A stretch of 60,310 nucleotides of DNA, the filler included, from Basidiobolus meristosporus CBS 931.73 (Eukaryota; Fungi; Basidiobolomycota): assembly GCA_002104905.1 (NCBI GenBank). It is 4 parts of 4 records of this genome, joined end to end, with 100 filler letters (N's around TTAATTAATTAA, not from the genome) between each part and the next. Parts side by side here need not be neighbours in the genome. Positions count along the whole stretch, not along the records: positions 1 to 27,911 come from MCFE01000895.1; 3 more parts are not named here. One strand, written 5' to 3'. Shown here in pieces: positions 1 to 13,305 of this stretch. A program made the position numbers and the translations under genes. Each line of letters starts with the position of its first letter. The stretch's first letter is position 1. Below the pieces are notes generated by a model that had not been told where the DNA came from, made no database searches, and saw only the letters and a list, made by a program, of their open reading frames with translations.

Positions 1-1227
1 CCAAGTATTGTTCCATTGGATTTATATTGGCTATTACAGCCAAGTATAAGTTTTTTATACATTCAATGGATGTAAAAGCTGGAATTTTGCATGAAGAACT
101 TGATGAGGACCTGTACATGAACCAGCCAGATGGGTTTGCTAACCAAGATATCTCCCCTTTGGTCTGCCAGCTTAAAAATGCTTTGTATGGACTCAAACAA
201 TCACTGAGAGCCTGCAATTGCAAAATATACTCTTATTTGGAATCTTTGAGTTTCAGAAGGAGTAATGCAGACTATAGTATATATTATGAGCCAGATAGAG
301 CAAATCCATATCTATAAGCTCTACATGTGGATGATCTCAATATTGCCAACAACAACCTGGCAACATTCAAAGAGACTAAATTCCGCCTATCTAAAGTATT
401 CAAGATGTCCAATCTAGGAGAACTCAGTTACTACTTAGGGATTAAGCTCTCCATAGACAGAAGTACCCAGACTATCACCCAGAGTCAATCCAGGTATATT
501 CAAGATATGCTAAAAAAGTACCAAATTGAAGACTGCAAACTGGGAGCTACCCCAACAGACACAAACCTTAATGTAGTTAAAACTCAAACAAATTAATAGA
601 TCTTGGTTCCATCTGAGAGCCCTAAGCTTACTTATCAATCTGTGGTCAGCAGTCTGATGTATAGCATGCTTGGACACATCAAGATATCTCAAATTCAGTG
701 GGAGTTGTCAGCCAAAATAATCAGAACCATAGTTCTGAATATATTGCAGCTGTTAAGTGGAATTTTAGATACCTAAAAGGAACTGCTAATATCTGCTTAA
801 AGTACAGCTATAAGGATTCAGAACAGGATCTTGTGGAATACTCCAATGCTGATTGGGGACAAAATTTGGAAGCCAGAAGATCCACCACAGGATAAACACT
901 GTCAAGTTTTATAACTTTATTTGGCAGTAAAATTAGCTAAATGCTGTTGAGATCCCATCATAAGATTAATGAGAGGTTTGCTAATTCCAAGCCTATAGTA
1001 TTATGATGGTCTCCAAATGGGATCCTGATGGCTGATCTAGATTGGGTCCACCCATGGGACCAAGTTATCTTTTATAGTGCTATAGAGAGCAGCTTAGTCA
1101 ACTTAGCTTATTGTCCTACAGATGAATTGATTGCAGACAAGTTCACCAAACCATTAGCTAGAGACAAGTTTTAATATCTCAGCTCAGAATTAGAACTTGT
1201 CAGTATGAACATTTAGTTGAGTTGGTG
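1..1227 (+). pseudogene. Ty1/copia family A remnant (A1): degenerate RT and RNase H, truncated by window start
   Basis: ORF fragments 27-317, 327-596 and 698-895 carry copia RT/RH motifs (MDVK..LHEEL, LYGLKQS, MDDL, YSNADWG..RRSTTG), broken by stops and frameshifts. Confidence 0.9.
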
Positions 1228-1575
1228 TGATGTAAAAATTTGTAATTCCACCTGACTATTCACCTAACTTAGTCACTTGAATCATTACCTTCAAATCCTA
1301 GAAAATACAGACCAAATTTCTTATTGGGATTTACTTGAAATATTTTCACCACAATATCAGATACCCAAAACATGAAAATTCTCAAAGTTGTCCAAATGGC
1401 CCCAAACTTTGAACACATACTCTTGGGACCTTCCTAAGGCTATTATACATGTTCTTATGCCAAAATCATGTAAAAGTATAATTACTACCTTTACATACAA
1501 TAAATCATTAAGTGAAAACCACATAATTTACTTGTTTTCCCAATCACTTCCAATATCTCAAAGATTCTTACAAAA
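1228..1575 (+). repeat. Copia family A 3' LTR (~348 bp)
   Basis: Matches the other family A LTRs in the window (tgttgtaaaaatt...ctcttacaaca, degenerate ends); follows the RH end and a degenerate PPT. Confidence 0.85.
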
Positions 1576-2966
1576 GATTCAATAGTGCATTAGGTGAGTT
1601 GCCAAGGGGTGGTAGAGGAAGGAAATACTATTTGGTACATTGGTATGTTAGTATTATACAGAACTAGCGGTTGGCCACCATGCTACTGATATAATGTCAT
1701 TGGAGGCTTGTGATGAGGCTGCCAAAGCACAGTCAGCCTTTGTGTCATATAAGGCAATTGGATGCACTGGCCAGTTAGAACCACTCAAATAGTTGCAGAG
1801 TACATTAGGACTGCAACAATGCCATGCCACCCTTGGCAAAAGATGGTATAAACACTGTTATGTTTTTTAACTTTATTTGGTGGTAAATTACCCAAACACT
1901 GTTGTGGTCCCATCATAAGATTGTGTATGAGTGTCACTAATTCCAAGGTGCTGGTGTTATAACAGTCTCCTGATAGGATCTTGATGGCTGATTTGGATTT
2001 GATCCACCCACAGGACCAAATTACACTGTATATGCACAAAGTCATGGTCATACATACCTTCAAAGTAGCCCATTTTTAGTTATTTATAATGTTTGCACCT
2101 GATTGATACTGAGTGTGGTACTTTATAGCTTCACAAAATTTGTTGGACTGTAAAATCTACTTTTGATAGGGTATTACTAGAATATATTTAAAGTGTGAAA
2201 TGTGTTTTCCTCTGACAATGGTGGGTTCCTGACAATTTGGACACCTTGCAATGGTGGCATTTTCTAATGTGAATGCCATGCAACTGTTTACACATGCTGG
2301 TATCAGGATGGTCTCTGGGTCATATGTTGCCAGCTGCATTACAGTTGTCCATTTTTACCATGTATAAGGTTAGTTGCATTGTGGGATGATTTTGTCAAGA
2401 ATTAGTAGTAAATCCTCAAGCCCCCATTACTTATATCAGTGGAAACATGCCACTTCTCTAGCCACAACTTCACATCATTCACCAGTCAATGGATCACTGG
2501 GCTTGCTTGACTACTTAAAGTATCCTTAGCATTTTGTTATGAGTGTTATATTATTGTATATTGGGTTTTGGCAGGCCCATGCAAGGTACTGCTGTTAGAG
2601 GAGATTGGCTCACAATCCATCAGTGAGCCTGCTTCTTCAGAGCTATCACTCTGCATGCCATATTCAGAAGGCTGAGCGGAGCCAAAAGGTGTCACAAACT
2701 CACCTAACTCAGTTTGTGCATGGTGACAAGTATGGCTAGGTGCTGTTATAGAAATATCAAGTGGCCAGCAAGATACTGTTGGTACAGTAGTGACTGATGA
2801 ATGGTCAAATATGATTTGTGTGACAGAACATTGTCTGTGATCCTTGTGATACTTCCTATGCTATTTGTGTGCTTCATGGTTGAGAGGCTTGTTAGCATAG
2901 CCACAAGGTGTTTCACTTTTCTCTTTCAACATTAAGTCAAAGTAGTCTTCTCTAAGTGGCAAGCAG
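1576..2966 (-). pseudogene. CACTA/EnSpm (Transposase_21/Tnp2-type) transposase remnant, copy Y
   Basis: Minus-strand fragments contain CVNSCMAFT..ARCPNCQEP; homologous in reverse to 10010-10970; apparent internal deletion. Confidence 0.7.
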
Positions 2967-3764
2967 ATATCCTATGAGAAATTATTGAGATGATTCCATC
3001 AAAAGGTCATCACAAATTTAAAGTCCCATGACTAAGAGGTACTGATCCAGTCAGGACACTATGCAGTGACTGTTAAAAAATAATTGCACCCCAGATTTTA
3101 CAAAAAACTTGGTAAAAATGTTTGTCACAACAATATATAAGTGGCTTTTGATAGGTTCCCTGCCAATTTGCTCACTTTCTGATCCCAGACACTCTATCAC
3201 CTTCTACATTTGTGTGCATTGATTGGCTATTGCCTCTTTTCTCACACTCCTTACTTCTTGACTCAAATGTTTCTGTTACTTTTCATGCCTACAAATTGAT
3301 TTATTTCCATTGCAACTTCAATTGTACCTCAATTGCCAATTGTATTGACTTACACAAGTCCCTATACCCTACACTAAGATTAAGCCCAACCCCATACTCA
3401 ATAAGTAACTCCATTAAAATCCACTACTCAGTAAGTATTTCCGCTGTAATGCTCTATTCCCATGACTTTGATGGGAACCCAACAGCTTTATGCCACTGTT
3501 CATGCACTGGTTCCCCCACATCCTGGTCTTCAGCCAGCACTGCAAGGTCTAGCACCTCATCTGCCAGTCTTTGCAATAAATCCTTGCAATATTCAAGTGT
3601 GTTTTCTTGAGCACTGCTCATGAAGAGCTGCTGCAACCTCTTGGTATGCCTATTAATGTACCAAAATTTCACTGAGGCATTGTGATAGTCTTTTGAGTTC
3701 TTGACATTGTAACCTTGTCTGTCAGTGGGATATCCACTCTGTCAGCAATGGAGGACATGGAGGC

Positions 3765-6700
3765 TCTTGCAATTTAAGAAGTGATTTGGATATAAGGAAC
3801 TTATCAAGAAATAGTGATAATAGTTGAACTGTTGTTTATTCATAAAGAAGCTCAGTATTTATACCTTTGTCGAAGTAATACAGCTGCAACACTAAGTAGG
3901 GAGGGTTTCTCAATATTCAGGAGCTTTCTGTAACAGTTTCAGGGTTAGTACATAATGTTTGATAATAGTGCTAATTTGATCCTGACTATAGGGGAATAAT
4001 CATAAGATCATATATCTGGAGAAAGTGGCAAAGTTAAGGCAGTAAATGAGTCCTACAGTGACTAAGACTAGCCTAGAATTGTTAAGTAAATTTTTAGCTG
4101 CTGAATGATACCAAATAGTCCAATATTTCAACACTCCCCCTCAACTAAATAATTTCTTAATCCCAATTTCTCTCTAAGGATCTCAAACTGTGGCCTAGCT
4201 AGTGGTTTTGTCAATATGTCTGCCACCATTTTGTCAGTTGGGCAGTAGACCAGCTCCACTAAGTTATTTTCTACAGCTTCCCTCACAAAGTGATGCTGGA
4301 TATCAATGTGCTTAGTTCTGGCATGATTAGTAGGATTTCTAGCTAATGAAGTACAACTTTGATTATCCTTGTAAATACATGTTGGTTCACCTGAATTAAA
4401 ACCTAAGTCTTTGAATAATTTTTGTAGCCATATAGCCTCCTTAGTTGCTTGACATGCAGCCATATATTTGGCTTCAGTTGTAGATAGTGCCACAGTTGGT
4501 TGTTTCTTGCAATTCCAAGTAATAGCTGCACCAGCATAAAGAAATACAAAGCCTGTGGTGGAGCGTCTGTCAATTAGATCCCTACCCCAATCTGAATCAC
4601 TATAACCATCATATTTTTGCCTATTAGCTGCTCCAGAGTATTCCAGTACCATATTTATGGTACCTTGTAGATATCTGAAAATCCGCTTAACTGCTGCAAT
4701 TTGATCTGATCCATAATTGTGCATGAATTGACTGACTATTCCAACTGCTACTGCAATATCTGGACGTGTAGACAACATCAAGTACATCAGGCTACCAACC
4801 ATTGATTGATAGGGAAAGTTTTGGTCCATATATGAGCCCTTTTCATCTATAACTGGCTGAGATTTGCTTATTTCAGGTTATTGTCCATAGGGGTTGCTGC
4901 AGGTTTGCAATTTTCCATTTTGAAGCGTCTAAGAATGTCCCTGATGTACTTAGACTGATTCAGCACAATTTTCTGCGTAGGTATGTCAAATTTGACCTCA
5001 ATTCCAAGAAAATAGCTCAATTTTCCAAGATCTTTCATCTCAAACTTGCTGAAGAGATCTGATTTTGTCTGTTAAAGTGCCTCTTGATGACTTGTAGCTA
5101 TAATTAGGTTGTCCACATAAAGAACTAGGTTGATCACACCTTTCTTGAGCTGTTTCACATATATACTGTGTTCTGCAGTACTACGAGAGAACCCAATTTC
5201 CTCTAGATATGTGTCAATCTTGTTATACCATGCTCTGGGTGCCTGCTTAAGCCCATACAACAATTTTCTAAGTTTGCACACCTTATGGGGGCCTTTTGGA
5301 TCGGTAAAACCTTCTGGTTGCTCCATATATATAGTTTCTTGCAAATCCCCATTGAGAAAGGCTGTTTTGACGTCCATTTGGTATAGATCTAGACTGTGTA
5401 CTGCCGCCAGGGCTAGAACTGTCCTAATAGAGTTAAACTTGGCAACCGGAGCAAATGTTTTCTTAAAGTCTAGTCCCTGGATCTGGGAATAGCCTTTAGC
5501 TACCAATCTAGCCTTGTACTTATCAACGGCACCATTTGAGGTTATCTTGATCTTGTAGACCCATCTACATCCTATTGGCTTTCTCCCATTTGGTAAATCT
5601 GCCAGTTCCCACGTTTTTGCCTTGATCAGTGATTGGTACTCCTCCTGCATGGCTTGTTGCCACTTAGTAGCATCTGGACCTTGCATTGCCTGTTCCAGAT
5701 TCTGAGGTTTGGCACATAGGGCAAGATAAGCTTCTTCGTAATCATTGGATGTCTGCCACCAGGATCCAGGGGCATTTCTTATTCTGGTAGATCTCCTAAC
5801 TGGGATAATCTGTTCTGATCTGGAACTGGTAGAAGTATCTTCCATCTCTGGCTGGATTTGGTACGTATCTTTTTCATTTGTGTTGATTGCATCATCAGGC
5901 AGCTGGCCAATGATTTCCGTGGCTTTCTGATCTGAATTCTCCTCAAATACAACGTCCCTGCTGTTGATCAGCTTCTGAATTTTGCCATCATACACTCTAT
6001 ACCCTTTAGTATCTTCTCAATACCCAAGAAAGATCCCTTTTCAACTCTTTGGCTCCAACTTTGAGCGCTTTTTGTCAGGGATGTGATAAAAAACATCACT
6101 GCCAAAGATCCTGAGGTGCTGGAGATCTGGTTTTTTGCCTGTATATGCTTCAATGGGTGTAGAATCAGGTAGTGCTGTTGTTGGGCATCTGTTCTTGATG
6201 TATACAGTGGTAGCAACAGATTCAGCCCAAAACTTGTAGTCCATTCCCTTATCATGTAGCATAGATCTTCCCATCTCTACTATTGTTCTATTTGCATGTT
6301 CTGCTACTCCATTTTGCTGTGGAGTATGAGGAACTGTGGTCTGTTGAAGTATACCAGTAGACAAGCAGTATTTTGCAAACTCCTTTGAGCAGTATTCTCC
6401 TCCATTGTCACTTTGTAGTACCTTCAGTTTACACCCAGTTTGTGTTTCTGCCATGTTCTTGAAGTGCTTAAACGTCTCTAAAGCTTCCTCCTTTGTTTTG
6501 AGGAAGTACACCCATGTATATCTTGTCTTGTCATCAATAAACGTCATAATGTATCTCTTAGCTCCAAAGGACAGTGTTCTCATGGGGGCACATATGTCTG
6601 AGTGTACAATAGCCAAGATTTCGGTGGTATTGATGCCTTCTGAGCTCTTGAAACATTGCCTAGCTTGTTTGCCATATGAACATCCCTTACAAACATTCAA

Positions 6701-8448
6701 TTTGATCGGAATTGAGCATTTTAGGCCCAAAACAAGCTGATTTTTCACCAATTGGCTCATTTTCTGTTCCCCTATGTGTCCTAGCCTCCTATGCCACGTC
6801 TCCCAGTTGGTTTCATCAGTTTCAGCAATGTTGACATACTCAGGTACAATGATCTTGCATTGTAACTTGTATATATTGTGATCTCTGATTCCCAAAACTA
6901 ATTTTTGTCCATTTTCACTTAATATTGAGCAGCTCAGCTTAGTAAAACAAATTTCAGTCCCTGAGTAGTTGCTTTACTGACTGAGAGTAGGTTCTTAGCT
7001 ATTCCAGGTACATAGAGTACGTCAGTCAGTTTTGCTGTTGTTGCCCCTGAGTTATCACTCATATTTAGTTGTATAGACCCACGGGCAGTAGCTTCCAATG
7101 CAGAGTTATCTCCCAGATAAACCTTTCTTACGGGAATAGTCTTTAAGTTGCTGAACCAATCCTTTATACCACAAATATGCTGTGATGCTCCAGAGTCAAT
7201 ATACCATTCATTACTCCGGTTACTTGCACTCTCTTGTACAGTTACAAATAAATGTTCATCAGTAGTTATATGGTTTGCCTGCTCTAGTTTCTGTTTTTTG
7301 TCTGCTTGTTTCTTCTTGCATTCTGTTGCCCAGTGTCCTGGCTTCTTACAGTAGTTACAGCAGCCAGGTTTTCTTCGGTTTTGTTGCTTTCCCTTCTTTT
7401 CTGTATGCCTTTCTGAACTGAATAAAGCATTATATTCAATTTTCTCTGCTTGATCATTACACCAGAGTTCTTCATGGAGAAGTCTTCCTATGACATAGTC
7501 TAAAGTCAAACTGTCTTCTCTGCTTTCAAAAGAAAGTATGAGTGGCTCATACTTGTCTGGTAGGCTGCAAAGCAGACAGAGTATCTTTTCTTCATCATCT
7601 ACACCAGCATTAATACTGTAAAGCTCTTCTGCAAGTGTCTCCATTCTGGTAATGAGTTGTAGCATGTCATCATCTGGCTTTTTTCTCATGTTGAAGAACT
7701 TTTGTTTCAAATAAAGCTTGCTTGATACTGACTTTGCTCTAAAGATCTTCTCTAAGGATTCCCATGCTGCTTTGGCAGTATTTGAGGCATGGATTTGTCC
7801 AATGAAGGAGTCTTGCACATTGATGCATATTGCATTGAAGGCCTTTCTCTCCTTCTCTTGAAACTTCTCCACATCTTCTGCTGTTCCTTTGGGCTCAACT
7901 TCCTTTCCTGTTACTATGTTCCAAAGCTTTCTTTCCTCAAGGTGGATCTGCATCTTAATTCTCCAAAGTCTGTAGTTCTTCCCATCAAACCTCTCCTTTA
8001 CAGGGAAGATGTTGGTATTGCTTTGTTTGCTGGTAGAAGTCATCTTTAGAATAGATTAAGGCAATAGGGGCTCATAACCTGTTGCAATTTAAGAAGTGAT
8101 TTGGATATAAGGAACATATCAAGAAATAGTGATAATAGTTGAACTGTTGTTTATTCATAAAGAAGCTCAGTATTTATACCTTTGTAGAAGTAATACAGCT
8201 GCAACACTAAGTAGGGAGGGTTTCTCAATATTCAGGAGCTTTCTGTAACAGTTTCAGGGTTAGTACATAATGTTTGATAATAGTGCTAATTTGATCCTGA
8301 CTATAGGGGAATAATCATAAGATCATATATCTGGAGAAAGTGGCAAAGTTAAGGCAGTAAATGAGTCCTATAGTGACTAAGACTAGCCTAAAATTGTTAA
8401 GTAAATTTTTAGCTGCTGAATGATACCAAATAGTCCAATATTTCAACA
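3765..8448 (-). mobile_element. Full-length Ty1/copia element, family C (4684 bp)
   Basis: 369-bp LTRs at 3765-4133 and 8080-8448 with ~5 differences by eye; 5-bp TSD GAGGC (3760-3764, 8449-8453); PBS GGTTATGAGCCC (8068-8079); PPT next to 4134; empty site visible in the paralogue near 32370. Confidence 0.95.
4128..8043 (-). pseudogene. Copia C gag-pol (Gag, CCHC knuckle, protease, integrase, RT, RNase H), split into 4 ORFs
   Basis: CNYCKKPGHWATEC; WYIDSGAS; WHRRLGH..CKGC; DNGGEY, QQNGVAE; MDVKTAFLNG, YVDNL; YSDSDWG, RTKHIDIQHH; copia domain order PR-IN-RT-RH. Confidence 0.93.
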
Positions 8449-11199
8449 GAGGCTGTGGTAGACAACTTGCCATTTTCTGCAAACTCATCCAACTTGCTGG
8501 AGTGTAGCTTAACTGGCTGCACCTCTGACTCTTGTGAAAGCAGCTGTTTTCTTGTTGGTAACTCTTCCTGGCTATGATGGGATTCAGTCTGTTCCAGGCT
8601 TGAAGGGTTAATTGGTAAGAACTGCAGCTTTGTTCTCATGCATTAAAGGGTCCTTTACTGCAATGTTGACAGAGTGCCTTTTTGAGTAGTACTATGCTTT
8701 TTCCTTGATAAATGTGGTGCTGGTGCATTCATGTCTGCCTGCTTGTCCCTTATTGACACTCTTCCAACTACCTGACATCTCTTTGATGCTTGTTTGGAGC
8801 TTTTGGCTCTGCTTGTAAAGGGCTCTTGAGGGAGCCATTGTTTTTAGCCATGGCACCCTTGTTCTTCTGCATTTGATTGATTCTGCTATTCTTAAGATAC
8901 TTTTGTAGCATACCAATGCTGACCCAAAATCTATTTGCCTGTATGAATCCAGGATAAGTCTCATGGAACAACTCAAGTACATTCTGCTTGGCCTTGAGTT
9001 CCTGATGGTCCCATGGTATGCCAGCCTTACAGTAATGGCATGCTAGACTTTCGACAGTCTCTTGAATATTAGTCCATTCTTCATTATTGCACTCAACAAC
9101 TTCCCAGATCTTCAATGTCTTATTATTTTTAGGCTTTGGTATAAATACCACATTGTCTCCCTCCCATGCTATGAGAGGTCTTTCTGAGGGCTTTGTCTTT
9201 GGGCACTGTTGTTATGCTTCAAAGACTGTGCAGTGTTCCTCTGCTGTTACATTGGGAAATGGCTCAATTCTTGGCTGTGACATTTAGCTACTTGAGTTCC
9301 CTCTTTGCAGCAAAGATACTGCTTTCTCTGTGTGGGGCATTGATTGCTCTACATGTATCATCCATTCATCCTGTTTCTGGACTATTTCCTGACTTCTCTG
9401 GGCCATTGCATCTATCCTATCATCTACTGCACCTAATTGCTTCATTAATGCTTTGGTATGAGCTGACAACATACTTGCTAATATGGGTGGTGGTGATTTT
9501 ATAACAGCCATTTGCTGGTCTTCAACTGAGGGTACTGAGTTTGCTACACTCTCATCCGCCTGAGCATAATGATCAGCTTGCAGCTCTGCAGAGGTTCTCA
9601 ATTGCCTACTTGACTGAGAGCCTGAGGAGTCAGCATTATAACCTTCAGTGTGTACACTGTCCACACGGCTTTTTTTGGACGTTGCCCTGCTAGTTGCACT
9701 GGATGTCAAAGCAAGCTGTTGTCCAATTGTTCTTTGACTACTGTTAGTAGTGGGGCTTGGTTGGGAACCAGACAACTTTGCTTTATTTTTTGGCTGCATT
9801 TATATGGAAGTAAGTCAAACCAAAGGGGAAATAGTGTTACATATAGATGTGTATGTGGTGCCACAGCTTTATTTATAATGATTATTATGGCAGGTCATCA
9901 TTGAATCTTACATTCATGTATGTGCAATGACTCAAATACAAGACTGTCTTAAACTCACATGAGTATTGACCAAAAAGTGATACAATAGCATTTCATTGTT
10001 GAAGGTCAAACTGCTTGCCCCATGAACAGGACTACTCTGATTCAACACCCTAAGAAAAGAGAAAAAAGACCATATAGCTATTGTGGAAAGCCTCTCTCCT
10101 ATGAAGTATGCAGACAGCATAGCAAATATTACAAGGATAATGGCCAGTGCTTTGCCTCACAAGGCATACTTTACCATTCATCAGTCACTACTGTACCAGC
10201 ATTAACTCTCCAGCCACTTGATACATCTATATTGGCACCTGGCCATCTTTGTCACCTTGTGCAAACTGAGTCAGGTGAGTCTGTGATGCCTTTAGGCAAA
10301 CCTCAGCCCTCTGAATATGGCATGCAGAGTGATAGCGCTTACAAAGAAGGCTCACTGATGGATTGTAAGCCTATCTCTCCTAACAACAGCACCATGCATG
10401 AGCCTGGTCAAATCCCAGTATGCAATGAGACAACACCCATTGTAACAATTACCAAGGATACTTTATGGAGCCAAGTGAGCCCAGTAATCCATTAACTGAT
10501 GAATGATGTAATGATCTGGCTAGAGAAGTGGCATGTTTCCACTAATATCATTAATGCAGGCTTTGAGGATTTATTACTACTTCTTACCAAAATCATTCCA
10601 GGATGCAACTTACCATGTGCATGATACAAGTGGACAACCATGATGTGGCTGGCAAGATATGACCCAGAGACTGTCCTGTTCCACCATGTGTTAACAGTTG
10701 CATGGAATTCACATCTAAAATTGCTACCATTGCAATGTGTCCAAACTGTTGGGAATCCACCGCCATTGAGGGGAAGCATGGTTCACACTCTAGATATATT
10801 CTGGTAATATCCTGTCTAAAGAAGCTTGTGCAGTCCAACAAATATTGCAAAGCTATAAAGTACCACACTCAGTATCTATCAAGCGCAAACATATCCAATA
10901 TATTTGATGGCAAACATTACAAACAGCTAAGAAGCACGGGCTACTTGAAGGTATGTATGACCATGCCTTTGCCTTGGCACTTGATGAATTCTCATTAAAC
11001 AAGTACTCTACCAGCAAATCCTGCTAGCCGCTGATTCTCATCAACCTGAATCTGCCATCTGTCTTACAGTATCAGAGGAAAATCTGATGGTAGTCTCAAT
11101 GATATCTGCGCCTATGCCTATGACAATAAAAAGCTAAGCAGCCCCAATGTGTGGGTCATCAGTTAAGTAATGCAAAGTAGGATTGGGTGCAACAAGCAA

Positions 11200-11558
11200 C
11201 TAATTTTTATTAGAAAAACTCTACCAAGATATGCCAGATTTCTCTTGGTCACAAGCCAGCTTCTACACCATTCAATACAGAATTTACACAAACAAAAGCC
11301 AGAGTGCACCAATAAGGGGGACTAGAATCCAGCAGGGAGAAGGAACATATTGGCTAAATACTAAAAAGTTCTTTGCAGATATTCAGGAGGTACTCATGGC
11401 AGAAGTGGTGGCAACCAAGCATATGTTTGCAAGATGTATATGTTGCCAGCAGTACAAGGTATATGGCAACTTTGCAAGTATCACACTGAAGGCTACAAAG
11501 TAGTGGTGATAGAAGTGTGTCAATTGTGGCAGGTGTGTGCATTTGTAGAAGTTAGAAG
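11200..11558 (-). pseudogene. Probable C-terminal part of a CACTA transposase (copy Z), continuing at 21487-21726 on the far side of copia A2
   Basis: 21590-21726 is homologous to 1600-1740; joining the flanks across AGAAG gives LWPPSNFYKCTHLPQLTH, reminiscent of the CACTA FPP..F....HL..HL motif; boundaries approximate. Confidence 0.4.
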
Positions 11559-12242
11559 GTAGTGTTTTAAGAGTCTTGGAGATATTGGAAGTGATGGGAG
11601 AACAAGTAGATTATGTGGTTTTCACTTAACTATCTACTGAATGTAAAAGCAGTATTTATACTTTTATATAGTCTTGACATTACAAACACACAGAGTAGGT
11701 TAAGGAAGGTCCCAACAACCAGTGTTCAGAGTTTGGGACTGTTTGGACAACTTTGAGAATTTTCATGCTTTGGGTATCTGATATTGTGGTGAATGTATTA
11801 TAAGTAAATCTCAACAAGAAATTTGGTCATTATTCTCTAAGATTTGAAGGTAATGATCTAAATGAGTATGTTAGGTGAATATCCAGGTGGAATTACAAAT
11901 TTTTACAATACTCCCGCTCAGCTAAATGCTCATACTGACTAGTCCTAATTTTGACCTATGATATTCTAATTTGTGTCTAGCTAATGGTTTGGTAAGTATG
12001 TCTGCAATCATTTCATCTGAAGGACAGTAAACTAAGCTATCTTTGTTATTTGCTATAGCTTCATGTATGAAATGATGTCTAATATCTATGAGCTTAGTTC
12101 TAGCATGAAAAGATGAATTTCAACATAATTGTACACATTGTTGATTATCTGGAAATAATGTAATAGGTGTTTTTTGACATTGGCCTGAATCTGTCAAAAG
12201 CTTTCTTAACCACATTGCTTCTTTGGTAGCTTCACAGGCTGC

Positions 12243-13305
12243 TGTAGTGGGGTGACAGTGACACCCACTGACAGATGTGCTCATTCCCTTATTTTCTACT
12301 TCCCTATATCTCTACTACACGTATTTTAGTTTTATCCCATTTGTCTTGCCGAATCAGTACTATCCCATAAGCTGGTTGACTATCACACCTGCTTACCTTA
12401 TTGCATAAGTTACCCCTCACTTTATGTAAGATTACTAGCTATAAGTACTTCTATATTAGGCAAGTACCCGCGCCAGTACCCGTGACACATGATCAACCCG
12501 TGTTACCATCCCTACCATTTCCATACCATATATGGTATCCCCATGTACACAGGTTTCAGAATACTGATTCCTGATTGGTTGGATGTGCTGTGCCTCTTAG
12601 AACCTTCCGGCACCTACTTAGAACATTCTTTGGTCATTCTGATGTCATTAAGATTTCTATTGATATCCAGAACCTTCTGGAACACCATGATTAGTAATCA
12701 CTTAGCCAGTAAGAAAAGTATATAAGGGAGGCTATCCCTCAACAATACATCATCATCCCTTTTATCAATATATCAACTTGTTGATTAGTGTGATCACTGC
12801 TACCTGCTGCTACCTGAACTTCCAACCACAGGACACTCCCAGGAAGCCACGCTGACAGCCAACCAACCTTGGAGGCACTATTTGTGAGGAATACTCAGAG
12901 TAGGTATCTTTTATTATATTTGATTCTTTCCCAAGTTTGTTCTTGTACAGGCAAAGATACTCTTCTGTCTTTGTAACTATTGACCAAAGCTGCATTCTTA
13001 TCAAGTCCCTGCTGGTGGAGTTTACAGTTGTTTTGACTTTGGAAGCTTTAGTACATTGTCATCTCAAAGGATGCTGAACCCAGCACATACTTTTGTTAAG
13101 ACGCCAACTAAGTTGGGGATTGTAGCTCAATAGTTTTCCCTTGAAAAGCTTGTGGCTTTATTCCCCTTCACATTAGATTAGAGACAGAACCCAAGTATTC
13201 CTAGCAAGCTTTTGCCAGAGGTTATTGCACCCAGTGAACACCCCACACACAAAACACTTGAGAAGTGTTGGACGTATCTCTCACTTGGACCAATACACCA
13301 CAACA
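12243..13305 (+). repeat. Solo LTR of Ty3 family B (1063 bp)
   Basis: Near-identical to 21727-22798; TG..CA ends; 4-bp TSD CTGC; uninterrupted site caggctgccat seen in copia paralogues near 38505 and 52685. Confidence 0.93.

Larger units (their letters stand above)
2970..11113. mobile_element. CACTA/EnSpm-like element, copy X: ORF2 on minus strand (~3330-9799, split by copia C) and transposase on plus strand (~10022-11113)
   Basis: Transposase motifs CVNSCM..CPNC, IFDGKHYKQL..G, INLNLP..QY..ENL; left-end sequence (cc)ctatgagaaattattg recurs at 31258, 31572 and, inverted, 33042; right end not found. Confidence 0.6.
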
